Shown in pieces: positions 1 through 8,734 of a stretch of DNA of 64,000 nt (within the stretch, counting starts at the first letter, position 1; the number at the start of each line of letters is the position of its first letter). The position numbers and the translations under genes were made by a program. The stretch spans positions 535 through 64,534 of IMG/VR virus record IMGVR_UViG_3300035698_001480, one strand, 5' to 3'. This stretch comes from a virus. Its lineage: Duplodnaviria > Caudoviricetes. Below the pieces are notes generated by a model. That model made no database searches. It saw nothing but the letters and a program-made list of their open reading frames with translations, and had not been told where the DNA came from.

Positions 1-87
1 AGACCACAAAGTGCTGAGATTTGCAAAAAGACTCCGGAAGAAAGACTAGCTTGGAAAAAAGCTAGAAGAGTTAAATATTATAGTTAA
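1..87 (+). CDS. 3' end of a hypothetical protein (truncated by window edge)
   Basis: Frame 1 open from base 1 (RPQSAEICKKTPEERLAWKKARRVKYYS) to TAA at 85-87. Confidence 0.5.
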   Translation, partial: RPQSAEICKKTPEERLAWKKARRVKYYS

Positions 88-456
88 ACATAATTAAGAC
101 CAAACATAATGTCTTTAAACTTACTTATGAGCAATTACAAGATAGATTGCTAACCTTGAGAAAGTTAGGGTATTATTCTATATGGATATTACATAATGTA
201 TGACGTAAAACAACATTCTAGAAATAGTCTGAAGTATGGTCACAATCTATAATGCGCTCTCAGCACAAATGAATCTAAGTCTTGCCTGACCCCTGCAAGG
301 TTAATCTTTATATAGACCAGTTAGGGTTATAAGTATAAGGAAAAGATAAGATGAATTTGAAGTAGATAATGTACGATACTAGGTGACTAGTTAATACTAC
401 TTTGACCCTTAGAAATGAGGGTGCTAAAACAATTAACTAAACTAAAACTTACAACT

Positions 457-567
457 ATGCCAAAGAAACCAATTAAATTATTTCATGTTGTTATTAGAAC
501 TAAGTATGTAATTCAAGAAACTGTTCAAATAAATGATATAAAAATAACCAAATTGAAATTAAGATAA
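457..567 (+). CDS. small basic hypothetical protein (36 aa)
   Basis: ATG after A-rich leader; MPKKPIKLFHVVIRTKYVIQETVQINDIKITKLKLR*. Confidence 0.35.
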   Translation: MPKKPIKLFHVVIRTKYVIQETVQINDIKITKLKLR

Positions 568-738
568 AAACTACAATTATCATAATTAGTAACTGCGTTA
601 AACTAAACAAGATGTAATATAGGAATACACAAACTCTAGTATACTAGATAGGTATTAAGAAAGATTCTCTAGGAAGTCTGAGTATGAATATAGATATAGT
701 AATGAAGTATGTACAAAATAGACAAGCCAGAGTAACCT

Positions 739-760
739 AAGTACAACTTAAGTACAACTT
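739..760. repeat. 11-bp tandem duplication AAGTACAACTT x2
   Basis: Exact direct repeat at 739-749 and 750-760. Confidence 0.8.
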
Positions 761-1098
761 ATAAACTATAAAAGAATGAGCAGACCATACTGTCATGCAC
801 AATTTATACTAAAACATTTAATCTCTACAACATAGTCTATACTATAACCTAAAATGGTCTAGTTAGCCATTTATCTCAGTATCCAATCTGAGTGACCTAC
901 GAGAGTGGTTATACGGTAATAATAATATAGAGGAATAGAGGTACCATAACTTGACAAGAATCCAAATAGATAAAAAACTTATTCTGCTAGTTCTAACTTA
1001 GGTTAGTTTAAATCAGGATACCAATAATTCACTAAGTGAACTCTCTAGTATATATACGTGCATATTGGTGCTAGAGTTTTAATGAAGACAAAAATTAT

Positions 1099-1150
1099 TA
1101 CACACATGATAGCTTAAAATTAAGACCTTAAGTTATTGTGTGTGTATTTT
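1099..1150 (+). terminator. long hairpin followed by T-run, possible intrinsic terminator or processing stem
   Basis: TACACACATGATAGCTTAA / TTAAGTTATTGTGTGTGTA pair over 19 bp with G-U pairs, then TTTT. Confidence 0.55.
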
Positions 1151-1154
1151 ATAT

Positions 1155-1236
1155 ACCTTCAATGGTTACTAGCTATAAAATATAGCATCGTAAGATCCTA
1201 ATAAGGGTAGTCATGGTTCAATTCCATGTGAGGGTA
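1155..1236 (+). ncRNA. tRNA-like RNA: acceptor stem and T-arm intact, no canonical D or anticodon arm
   Basis: Acceptor ACCTTCA/TGAGGGT plus discriminator A; T-arm CATGG-TTCAATT-CCATG; interior folds as ACTA/TAGT closing three small hairpins. Confidence 0.55.
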
Positions 1237-1259
1237 CTAGTTTTCATAATTTTTAGTTT

Positions 1260-1292
1260 ACCCTCATTGCTTAATAGCGTGAGGGTTTTTAT
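1260..1292 (+). terminator. rho-independent terminator
   Basis: ACCCTCATTGC-TTAATA-GCGTGAGGGT followed by TTTT. Confidence 0.75.
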
Positions 1293-1355
1293 TACACTAT
1301 ACAATAATATTAACTACAGTTACAATTTAGTTTGAAATTTCTATTGTAACAAGAC

Positions 1356-1430
1356 AGAGTAGAACCGGTGGTGAAGAGGGAGGGTTCACAGAGAACTGCA
1401 CGTAGAGTTTGATACTCTATTCATAGCTCT
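1356..1430 (+). ncRNA. possible degenerate tRNA-like or structured RNA
   Basis: G-rich island; T-arm-like TAGAG-TTTGATA-CTCTA (1403-1419); ends AGAGT/GCTCT can pair; no clean cloverleaf. Confidence 0.25.
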
Positions 1431-1533
1431 AGTATAGCATATGCAGATGAAAAGCTATATATATCTGAGAGAGGGAAAGAAACCTCACATCTTGTAACAT
1501 AAAGATGATACAGTATGTACTTTGTTATTTAAT

Positions 1534-1605
1534 GGACACTTAGTAATAATGAATAAAACATCTTCTTTTTTGAAGAAAATACAGGTTCGAGTCCTGTAGT
1601 GTTCA
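1534..1605 (+). tRNA. atypical or pseudo tRNA-Lys(UUU)-like gene
   Basis: Acceptor GGACACT/AGTGTTC; perfect T-arm ACAGG-TTCGAGT-CCTGT; anticodon arm TCTTC-TTTTTT-GAAGA (loop not 7 nt); D-arm degenerate; no encoded CCA. Confidence 0.6.
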
Positions 1606-1634
1606 CAAATATTAATCATTTAAAAATAAAAATT

Positions 1635-1881
1635 ATGGAAAAAAATAAGACAAGCTGCTGAAGAATTTACCAAAAGGCACTTCCCTTCAATACGGCAAAT
1701 ACCTATACAATCATTTAAAGCCGGAGCAAATTCAAAAGAAGCTAAGGAATTACATACTAAAGATATGTATACAAAAGAAGAAGTACTTAGTATATTAGAA
1801 TTTGTAAATGATAGACTGTCTGACCTATATTCTAGGTTTGATAGTGAGCACGAATTAAAAGAATATAAAAGAAGTAAATAA
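1635..1881 (+). pseudogene. small phage hypothetical protein frameshifted in an A7 run
   Basis: ATG GAA AAA AAT... stops after 8 codons; removing one A gives 81 aa MEKIRQAAEEFTKR...SFKAGA...MYTKEEV...KRSK*. Confidence 0.55.
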
Positions 1882-1951
1882 TATAAGGACGTAGCTGAAA
1901 ATCCTATAAAGAGTAAGCACTTTTAAATAATTATATAAAACTTTAGAAATT

Positions 1952-2455
1952 ATGGCAAATTTATTTGAATTAAACAAAGAGACAGCAGTAAAGATTTTAG
2001 AAAAAAGAACAGGTATTATAGCACCTGGAAAGTACCCAGTTACAGTAAGAAACGTATTTCTACATGAAAATGAAGAAACTGGATCTGTGTCCTACATTGT
2101 GAATCTAAATGCTATGACCAAATGGCATTTTGAGAATGCAAAAACTGCATTAGCCGAGAAACGCTATCAAGATGCAACAAACAACAACATGACAATTAAC
2201 CTTTGGGTTAACGATGGTGTAGAACCTAATTGGGTTCCTGAATACGATGAAGAAGTTTTTGCTAATGTTAAATGGCATAAAAATAAAGATGGGGAAAAAA
2301 TGCTAATTGTGAAATCAATTGCACCTCTTCCAGTATCTGAGGGAACTTCATTTTCATTTAATTCTGTAGCAGAAACCACTACTGAAGATGATAAAATAGA
2401 AGAGGTGACATTCAACACTACCGGTAAAAAAGTAGTAGAAGATTCACCATTTTAA
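1952..2455 (+). CDS. hypothetical protein, possibly OB-fold ssDNA-binding
   Basis: 167 aa, beta-rich, acidic tail ending DSPF like SSB tails; followed by its own terminator. Confidence 0.5.
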   Translation: MANLFELNKETAVKILEKRTGIIAPGKYPVTVRNVFLHENEETGSVSYIVNLNAMTKWHFENAKTALAEKRYQDATNNNMTINLWVNDGVEPNWVPEYDEEVFANVKWHKNKDGEKMLIVKSIAPLPVSEGTSFSFNSVAETTTEDDKIEEVTFNTTGKKVVEDSPF

Positions 2456-2463
2456 TTTAATAT

Positions 2464-2490
2464 AGGAGTAGTTTAGGCTACTCCTTACTT
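2464..2490 (+). terminator. rho-independent terminator
   Basis: AGGAGTAG-TTTAGG-CTACTCCT then TACTTT, directly after stop codon. Confidence 0.6.
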
Positions 2491-2516
2491 TAAACCTTAA
2501 CCATAAAACATAAACA

Positions 2517-2696
2517 ATGAAAAATCAAGATAAACCTAAAAGAAGAAGAATCATACGTATCAAATCAGAACTACAATATTCTGAAGATTCTAATGGAATC
2601 AATAAGATACCAGAACTAAAGAAAGCAGTACTTGCTTTTGGTATAAGTAGGAGTAATTTGATTAAAACTAAATTTAGAACTTTTAGTGTTTTATAA
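2517..2696 (+). CDS. small hypothetical protein (59 aa)
   Basis: MKNQDKPKRRRII...; stop overlaps polymerase start (TAATG). Confidence 0.55.
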   Translation: MKNQDKPKRRRIIRIKSELQYSEDSNGINKIPELKKAVLAFGISRSNLIKTKFRTFSVL

Positions 2697-4639
2697 TGAT
2701 ATATATTGTAGGAAAAGAAAGTAAGAGGTTTAAAACTATAACAATAAAAGAATCTCTTACTTTTTTAAACTCTATGGAATGTGTAGATATGGGTTTTGAC
2801 TCCGAAACTAGAGGATTTGACCCACATACATGTGACATAGTATCAATACAGTTAGGAAATGCTACTTTACAAATAGTAGTAGATGTTGGTACAACCAATA
2901 TACTTAACTATAAAGAGCTATTAGAAAGAAAAACCTTAATAATAGCTAATGCACAATTTGATCTTAGATTCTTATACCACTATGGAATATTCCCTACAAA
3001 AATATGGGATACTCAGTTAGCTGAAATGCTATTAACTACAGGATTGGGGGATAAACAAACAATTGCAGAGTTAGATAAATATGATTTAGGATATCTTGCT
3101 GAACGTAAGATTAGCCTTGCAGATGTTACTAAAAAATATTGTAAAGTTACTAGAGACAAATCAGTACGGAATCTGATAGCTATAGAGGGATTATCAAACC
3201 GTGTAATACAATACGGTGCTGATGACGTTATGTATTTCCATAAGATAAAAAGAAAGCAAATGGAAGCTTTACAACACCATATAGATAAATATAATTCATC
3301 TTGGGATGTTGTTTATCTTGAAATGGTAGTTGTAAAAGTATTTGCTAGGATGTTATACAATGGTTTTAACATTGATGAGAAAAGGTACAGAAAAGAAGTA
3401 CTTCAAACAGTTAATACTGAAATAGCTAATTATGTAGTAGCTATGGAAAATTCTGTACTAAAGCAAGGATTGAAAGGTTTTAAAGCAGGTGAAAAATACA
3501 TACAAGTTGTGACACAATACAATATGTTTGAGCCTGCTAAACTTAACATAAACTGGGGTTCACCAGCACAAAAGTTAGGAATACTAAATACTTTAGGTGT
3601 GAATGTAAAAAGCACAGGAGCACAAATACTTAAAGAAATAGAACATGAAAATACCTTAGTACCTCTGTTATTAGCTTATAATAAGTATAAAAAGTTAAAT
3701 GAAAGTTTTGGAGAATCTTTATTAGAAAAAATTAATAAAGTAACAGGTAAGCTACACCCTAACATCTTTCAAATCTTATCAACAGGTAGAATAAGTATGT
3801 CTAATCCAAACTTAGCACAAATACCTTCTAAAGGTAAAGTAGCTAAGGTTATTAGAGAATGCTTTATACCTAGAAATAAGAACTACAAGATTGTAGGAGG
3901 AGATTATAGTGGATTTGAATTAAGGTTCATAGCATCCTTATCGCAAGATCCTTTATGGTTAAAAACATTTAGAGAAGGTGGAGATCTACATTCTGTATTA
4001 TGTAGCGAAACATTTGATATACCAATAGAAGATGTAAGAAAACCATTTTATGCTAACCCTGATATGACTTACAGAGATGTACAGAAGACTATTAACTTCG
4101 GTCTAGCCTACGGGATGTCAGAATACAAACTAGCTGCAACAATTCTAGTATCTGTAGATGAAGCTAGAAAACTTATCAAGAAATTCTTTAAAAAAGTACC
4201 AAAAGTACAGAAATTCCTAACATCATTAGGAGAATTTGGTAAGAAAAAAGGATTTATAATGACACCAAAACCTTATACAAGAATAAGGAAATTCCCTAAA
4301 TGGGAAGCTATGAGAGAAAATCCAGATCTTAAAGAAGTGCATGAAGGTCACTGGTTAGGAGAAATTGAAAGAGCTGCAAAGAACACACCCATGCAAGGTG
4401 GAAATGGTGACGTTATCAAAAGAGCATTAATCTTAGTACAAGAAGAGATTGATAGGAATAATTGGGATGCTTTCATATTATTAACAGTATATGATGAAAT
4501 TCAAACAGAAGCACATAATGATTGTGCAGAATCTTGGAGACCTAAGTTAGAAGAATTAATGATACAAGCAGCTACAGAAGTACTTAAAGATGTACCTATT
4601 GTTGTAGATGCTAAAATTGATAATCATTGGATTAAATAA
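2696..4639 (+). CDS. polA: family A DNA polymerase with 3'-5' exonuclease domain
   Basis: ExoI DSETRG, ExoII NAQFD, ExoIII YGADD; TGRISMSNPNLAQIP; motif A DYSGFELR; motif B RDVQKTINFGLAYG; motif C VYDEI. Confidence 0.96.
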   Translation: MIYIVGKESKRFKTITIKESLTFLNSMECVDMGFDSETRGFDPHTCDIVSIQLGNATLQIVVDVGTTNILNYKELLERKTLIIANAQFDLRFLYHYGIFPTKIWDTQLAEMLLTTGLGDKQTIAELDKYDLGYLAERKISLADVTKKYCKVTRDKSVRNLIAIEGLSNRVIQYGADDVMYFHKIKRKQMEALQHHIDKYNSSWDVVYLEMVVVKVFARMLYNGFNIDEKRYRKEVLQTVNTEIANYVVAMENSVLKQGLKGFKAGEKYIQVVTQYNMFEPAKLNINWGSPAQKLGILNTLGVNVKSTGAQILKEIEHENTLVPLLLAYNKYKKLNESFGESLLEKINKVTGKLHPNIFQILSTGRISMSNPNLAQIPSKGKVAKVIRECFIPRNKNYKIVGGDYSGFELRFIASLSQDPLWLKTFREGGDLHSVLCSETFDIPIEDVRKPFYANPDMTYRDVQKTINFGLAYGMSEYKLAATILVSVDEARKLIKKFFKKVPKVQKFLTSLGEFGKKKGFIMTPKPYTRIRKFPKWEAMRENPDLKEVHEGHWLGEIERAAKNTPMQGGNGDVIKRALILVQEEIDRNNWDAFILLTVYDEIQTEAHNDCAESWRPKLEELMIQAATEVLKDVPIVVDAKIDNHWIK

Positions 4640-4656
4640 ACTAAAACTATTTTAAA

Positions 4657-5211
4657 ATGAAACATATAATAACAAATCAATTGGCTAAAGCTGCTAAAGA
4701 AAAAGGATTTGATGAAGAAGTTTTATCTCATTATAGTGAGGAAGGTTCTTTATTTGATAATGACCGCTTAATTTGGACAGCTAACTTAGAACAAGGAATC
4801 AGTATAGATGAATTTTATTTAAAATGTAATAGTTTAAAAAGTTCAGGACTATATGAAAATCTAAATATTATATCAGCACCTACATACAACAAGTTAATTG
4901 ATTGGATATTTGAAAAAGTAGAACAAAGTAATCCAAAATTAATAGAATTGCTTATACCTACTTTAGAACATTGGTACAACCTTCTAAAAGATTGTCCTTT
5001 AAAGTATGAATTCAAAGGAAGATTATTAGCTTGGTTTAATTTAAATAGTTATTACTTTCATGTAGACTATAGCGAGGTTGCTAATATGTATGACGCTCAC
5101 TTCCAGAAAGGTATTGATGGATATACTAATAAACCAGTAGATACTCCTGAGAAAGCTGAACATAATGCGATTTTAATGATTTTTAAACAATTAACAGAAA
5201 CTAATGAGTAA
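4657..5211 (+). CDS. hypothetical protein
   Basis: 184 aa; LAKAAKEKGF...SAPT pattern typical of Bacteroidota phage small proteins. Confidence 0.7.
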   Translation: MKHIITNQLAKAAKEKGFDEEVLSHYSEEGSLFDNDRLIWTANLEQGISIDEFYLKCNSLKSSGLYENLNIISAPTYNKLIDWIFEKVEQSNPKLIELLIPTLEHWYNLLKDCPLKYEFKGRLLAWFNLNSYYFHVDYSEVANMYDAHFQKGIDGYTNKPVDTPEKAEHNAILMIFKQLTETNE

Positions 5212-5461
5212 CACAAGAGATAATATTAGTGCCGGAGATTGGTCTTCGACTACAACAACAAAAGGTAACAAAGAGGAAGTCATAGATGCTACACCAATAC
5301 CGGAACTACCTACAATACCTTTTAATAATTATTTAAATAAGTTCTTAGAGTATTACGGAAGAGTTCCTACTAATACTGCCTATAACTTCTTAATGGGTAT
5401 AAGAGCACTATCAGCACTCCATAAAGAAATGGTAGAAAATGATAAAACAATTAAACGTTAA
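5204..5461 (+). CDS. hypothetical protein
   Basis: 85-aa ORF, tightly coupled in operon. Confidence 0.6.
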   Translation: MSNTRDNISAGDWSSTTTTKGNKEEVIDATPIPELPTIPFNNYLNKFLEYYGRVPTNTAYNFLMGIRALSALHKEMVENDKTIKR

Positions 5462-5464
5462 ATT

Positions 5465-5686
5465 ATGGAAAATCTAACAGAGGTATTTAGAGTTAATGCT
5501 ACTAATAATAGTACTAACAGTACTGGAATAGCAATCGCATCAAGAGTAGATGAAGTGTCATTTAGAGTAAAGTTCTCTAATGGTCATAGTGATACCATGT
5601 TAGAAGAGGATTTAACCTTCTTCAGTAAAGCTGGTGCATTTAATAAATCTTATTCAATCAGTATTAAACCTTGGATGTTAAATTAA
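5465..5686 (+). CDS. hypothetical protein
   Basis: 73-aa ORF, tightly coupled in operon. Confidence 0.6.
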   Translation: MENLTEVFRVNATNNSTNSTGIAIASRVDEVSFRVKFSNGHSDTMLEEDLTFFSKAGAFNKSYSISIKPWMLN

Positions 5687-5693
5687 GAAAATT

Positions 5694-5798
5694 ATGACAA
5701 TACTAGAATTTATATTTCAATCCTTCTGGCATTTCTTTGGAGGGTTTTTATTACTTGCAATATTAGTGCAAGATTTAGTAGCAATATTTAAAAGATAA
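5694..5798 (+). CDS. small membrane protein (34 aa)
   Basis: MTILEFIFQSFWHFFGGFLLLAILVQDLVAIFKR*, single hydrophobic segment. Confidence 0.55.
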   Translation: MTILEFIFQSFWHFFGGFLLLAILVQDLVAIFKR

Positions 5799-5801
5799 AA
5801 T

Positions 5802-5957
5802 ATGAGGTCATGTACAAATTGTGCAGCTATAGATTGTTCTTCTACAAAAGAACCTTGTACAAGCTGTGAAGATAATGGATTTACCAACTGGACTGACGAA
5901 TTAACAGAAGACCAGGAGTTAGAAAACGAATCATCAATTAAAGATAACCAAAAATAA
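5802..5957 (+). CDS. small Cys-rich protein (51 aa)
   Basis: MRSCTNC...C...PCTSC...NW; stop overlaps next ATG. Confidence 0.55.
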   Translation: MRSCTNCAAIDCSSTKEPCTSCEDNGFTNWTDELTEDQELENESSIKDNQK

Positions 5958-6121
5958 TGGCTAAAAAAGAAAAGAATAAAGTAAGAGTAAATATTACAAA
6001 CCCAGAGACCGGTAAGACAAGAGTAGGTTCTTATGATGAGAAATCTCATCTTATAACTGTCTCTAACGGTAAGAAGTTAAAACCTAAGAATGTAAAGATT
6101 AATACTGTATTCAATGAATAG
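5957..6121 (+). CDS. small basic hypothetical protein (54 aa)
   Basis: MAKKEKNKVRVNITNPETGKTRVG...; coupled on both sides. Confidence 0.55.
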   Translation: MAKKEKNKVRVNITNPETGKTRVGSYDEKSHLITVSNGKKLKPKNVKINTVFNE

Positions 6122-7418
6122 GGATATAATACAAGATAAAGCTCTGGAATTACTATCAAATTATAAGATGGTGATCCTAGAGTTTTGTACTTCATTAGGT
6201 AAAACCAAAGTAGCTATAGACGCTATTGATATATACGAAGGTAAGTGGTTACTTGTACTAAATGAGACCAACCATATAGATAATTGGAAACTAGAGTTCA
6301 AGAAATGGGACAAAGAGTATTTATTAGATAGAGTTACGATAGTTTTATATGCTTCATTACACAAGCATAAAGGGTTGAGTTACAAAGGGATAGTTTATGA
6401 CGAATTTCATCATTGTTTTAGCAAAAACCGACTAAATATATCTAAAACTATTATTAGAGAGAAATCTATAATGTTATCCGCTACATTAGATGATGCCCAT
6501 CTAAAAATAGCCGGTATGAAAAACCCTGAAGCTAGGTTTGATTATAATATAGAAGAACTGAATATAAATGTTATAAATGAAACTATAGTATTATACTCAG
6601 TATTCTTAAATCAAGCTTTTCATTATAAGATATTACCTAAACCTAATATTTATATAATTCCATTAGAACTTAATGATACTGTACCAACTATAAAATATAC
6701 AATAGGTAAAGGAAGTATTCCTATAACTGTTAATTATGAAGATAGGTGGAAGTATTTAAAGTCTAAAGAACTTAAAGAGAAGTATAAGATTACTATACTT
6801 TGTACAGAACAAGAAAGATATAACGATATTGCACAGTATTATGAATCATTAAAAGCTAGTTACATTAAATCTGAAATAGAAGTAAGTAAAAATCTATATG
6901 CAACACCGGATAAACTTAACAGATTAAGAGAAAGTCTAAAAATGGCTAAGAATAGATGGTTATTTCAAGGAAACATTAGAAAGTTCTATATAGCATCTTT
7001 AAAAACAGAAGTAGCCAAGAAACTGATAGACTCTCTAGGGGATAGAAGATTTATATGCTTTGCTGCATCTATAAAACAAATTAAAGAATTAGGAGGAAAG
7101 AATGCCGTACATTCTAAATTGAAAAACCCTCAAAAAATCATTAATAACTTTAATGAGAAAAAGATAAACTCTTTATATGCAGTAGGAATGCTTCAGGAAG
7201 GAAACAATCTTCCTGATATTGAAGCCGGTGTAATACTACAATTATCCAATACTGTAAGATATATAACACAAATTTTAGGTAGGATTTTAAGATCGAAATC
7301 AAGCCCAGATCAATTCATCTTTTATATAAAGAATACAAGAGATGCGGAATATCTCAATAAAGCATTAGAAGGTATTAATAAAGAATTAATCAAAACACTT
7401 AATATAGAAGAAATATGA
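6114..7418 (+). CDS. superfamily 2 (DExH) helicase
   Basis: Walker A TSLGKT, DEFHH, LSAT, EGNNLP, QILGRILR. Confidence 0.9.
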   Translation: MNRDIIQDKALELLSNYKMVILEFCTSLGKTKVAIDAIDIYEGKWLLVLNETNHIDNWKLEFKKWDKEYLLDRVTIVLYASLHKHKGLSYKGIVYDEFHHCFSKNRLNISKTIIREKSIMLSATLDDAHLKIAGMKNPEARFDYNIEELNINVINETIVLYSVFLNQAFHYKILPKPNIYIIPLELNDTVPTIKYTIGKGSIPITVNYEDRWKYLKSKELKEKYKITILCTEQERYNDIAQYYESLKASYIKSEIEVSKNLYATPDKLNRLRESLKMAKNRWLFQGNIRKFYIASLKTEVAKKLIDSLGDRRFICFAASIKQIKELGGKNAVHSKLKNPQKIINNFNEKKINSLYAVGMLQEGNNLPDIEAGVILQLSNTVRYITQILGRILRSKSSPDQFIFYIKNTRDAEYLNKALEGINKELIKTLNIEEI

Positions 7419-7726
7419 GTATAGAAAAACGTAGCATACTTAAATACATAAAATGTGTAGAATTTGAGTCTGATAGCTTTTACGGTATAAAAGAAATAAA
7501 AGACTTAATAGAAGAATTAGAAACTGAAGGCTGTACAGATATAACCCTTTCAGCTAACTCTAAATATGGGGACATTGGTATAGAAGGCTACATTAAAAGA
7601 TTAGAAACTGACGAAGAATTTGAGAAAAGAGCTACTAAATTAAAAGAAGAAAAAGACAAAGCTGAGAAAGCTGAATACTCACATTATTTAAAACTTAAAA
7701 AAGAATATGAAGAAACTAGAAATTAA
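7415..7726 (+). CDS. hypothetical protein
   Basis: 103 aa; RLETDEE...YLKLKKEYE tail. Confidence 0.65.
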   Translation: MSIEKRSILKYIKCVEFESDSFYGIKEIKDLIEELETEGCTDITLSANSKYGDIGIEGYIKRLETDEEFEKRATKLKEEKDKAEKAEYSHYLKLKKEYEETRN

Positions 7727-8192
7727 ACCAGAAGAAGGTTATGAGATAGACTTAGAAAAGTCTGATATAACTAAAGGAATTATTGAATTTAAGAAGATAA
7801 AGAAAGTTTATCCTACAACATTAGATGAGTTAAAAAGTACACAAGATGATAGTACGTTATATTTTATAGATGAAAATGTAAATCTACATACTACAACTAC
7901 CATAGTAGTTAAGAAACACAGGTTTAGTTTTAGTTCTAAAGAATTAGCAGAAGCTTTCATAATCCTTGCTGATCTTATTAGGTTTAGAGATGAATATAGA
8001 GATGGTTGGCAGCCTGATTGGAAATCTGAATGTCCGAAAGAGTATATCTCATCTTTTAAAGGTATAGTAACAACAGATACTAATTATTCGCTCAGTCGAT
8101 TATTCTCATTTGAAACTGAAGAAATTAGAGATATATTCTATACCAATTTCACAAAGAAATTAGAACAAGTAGCTAAATTCGATTTAATCTAA
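7707..8192 (+). CDS. hypothetical protein (Bacteroidota phage family)
   Basis: 161 aa; PEEGYEID...GWQPDW...FSFETEEIRDIF pattern. Confidence 0.7.
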   Translation: MKKLEIKPEEGYEIDLEKSDITKGIIEFKKIKKVYPTTLDELKSTQDDSTLYFIDENVNLHTTTTIVVKKHRFSFSSKELAEAFIILADLIRFRDEYRDGWQPDWKSECPKEYISSFKGIVTTDTNYSLSRLFSFETEEIRDIFYTNFTKKLEQVAKFDLI

Positions 8193-8731
8193 TGGATATA
8201 GCTAAATTGGTAGATATATATTTAAAGAAGAAAGAATCACATAACCTAGAGTTATCTGTATTCATACTTCTTTATCTTATATATTCAAAAGAAAAGAAGT
8301 TACTTGGGTTATTCAAACATGTAGATACTGATTCTATGTCTCAATATGTAGTTAAACTTAGATATGATTTATTCTTAGACTTTGAAAATAATCCTACAAG
8401 TAAGACTATAAGGTTATTTGAGAGTAGTAAAGATGACATAACAGAAGTAATTGATTATCTAAGTGATATATTAAAATCTAAGAGAAGATTGAGTACTACA
8501 TCTAAATCTAACAGAAGTACTATTAATGGTATGTTACAGGATTCTAAAATTACAGTAAAAGACTTAAAAAATATTATTGATGTTAAATACAGTCAATGGG
8601 GTGAAAACCCTGGAATGCGTAGGTATCTTAGAATTGAAACATTATTTAATGAGACTAAATTTCAAGGTTACTTATTAGAATCAGAAGACTTCAAAGATGT
8701 TAATAAAATAGACTTAAATGATAGAATGTAA
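8192..8731 (+). CDS. replication initiator or helicase-loader-like protein with conserved phage C-terminal (Phg_2220_C-like) domain
   Basis: QWGENPGMRRYLRIETLFNETKFQGYL motif; directly upstream of DnaB-like gene. Confidence 0.7.
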   Translation: MDIAKLVDIYLKKKESHNLELSVFILLYLIYSKEKKLLGLFKHVDTDSMSQYVVKLRYDLFLDFENNPTSKTIRLFESSKDDITEVIDYLSDILKSKRRLSTTSKSNRSTINGMLQDSKITVKDLKNIIDVKYSQWGENPGMRRYLRIETLFNETKFQGYLLESEDFKDVNKIDLNDRM

Positions 8732-8734
8732 ATT

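Noticed and set aside
88-1950. CRISPR array, hammerhead or HDV/theta ribozyme in the non-coding region
   Set aside because: No regularly spaced repeats; could not assemble a CTGANGA/GAAA core or an HDV double pseudoknot by eye, though a descriptor search was not run
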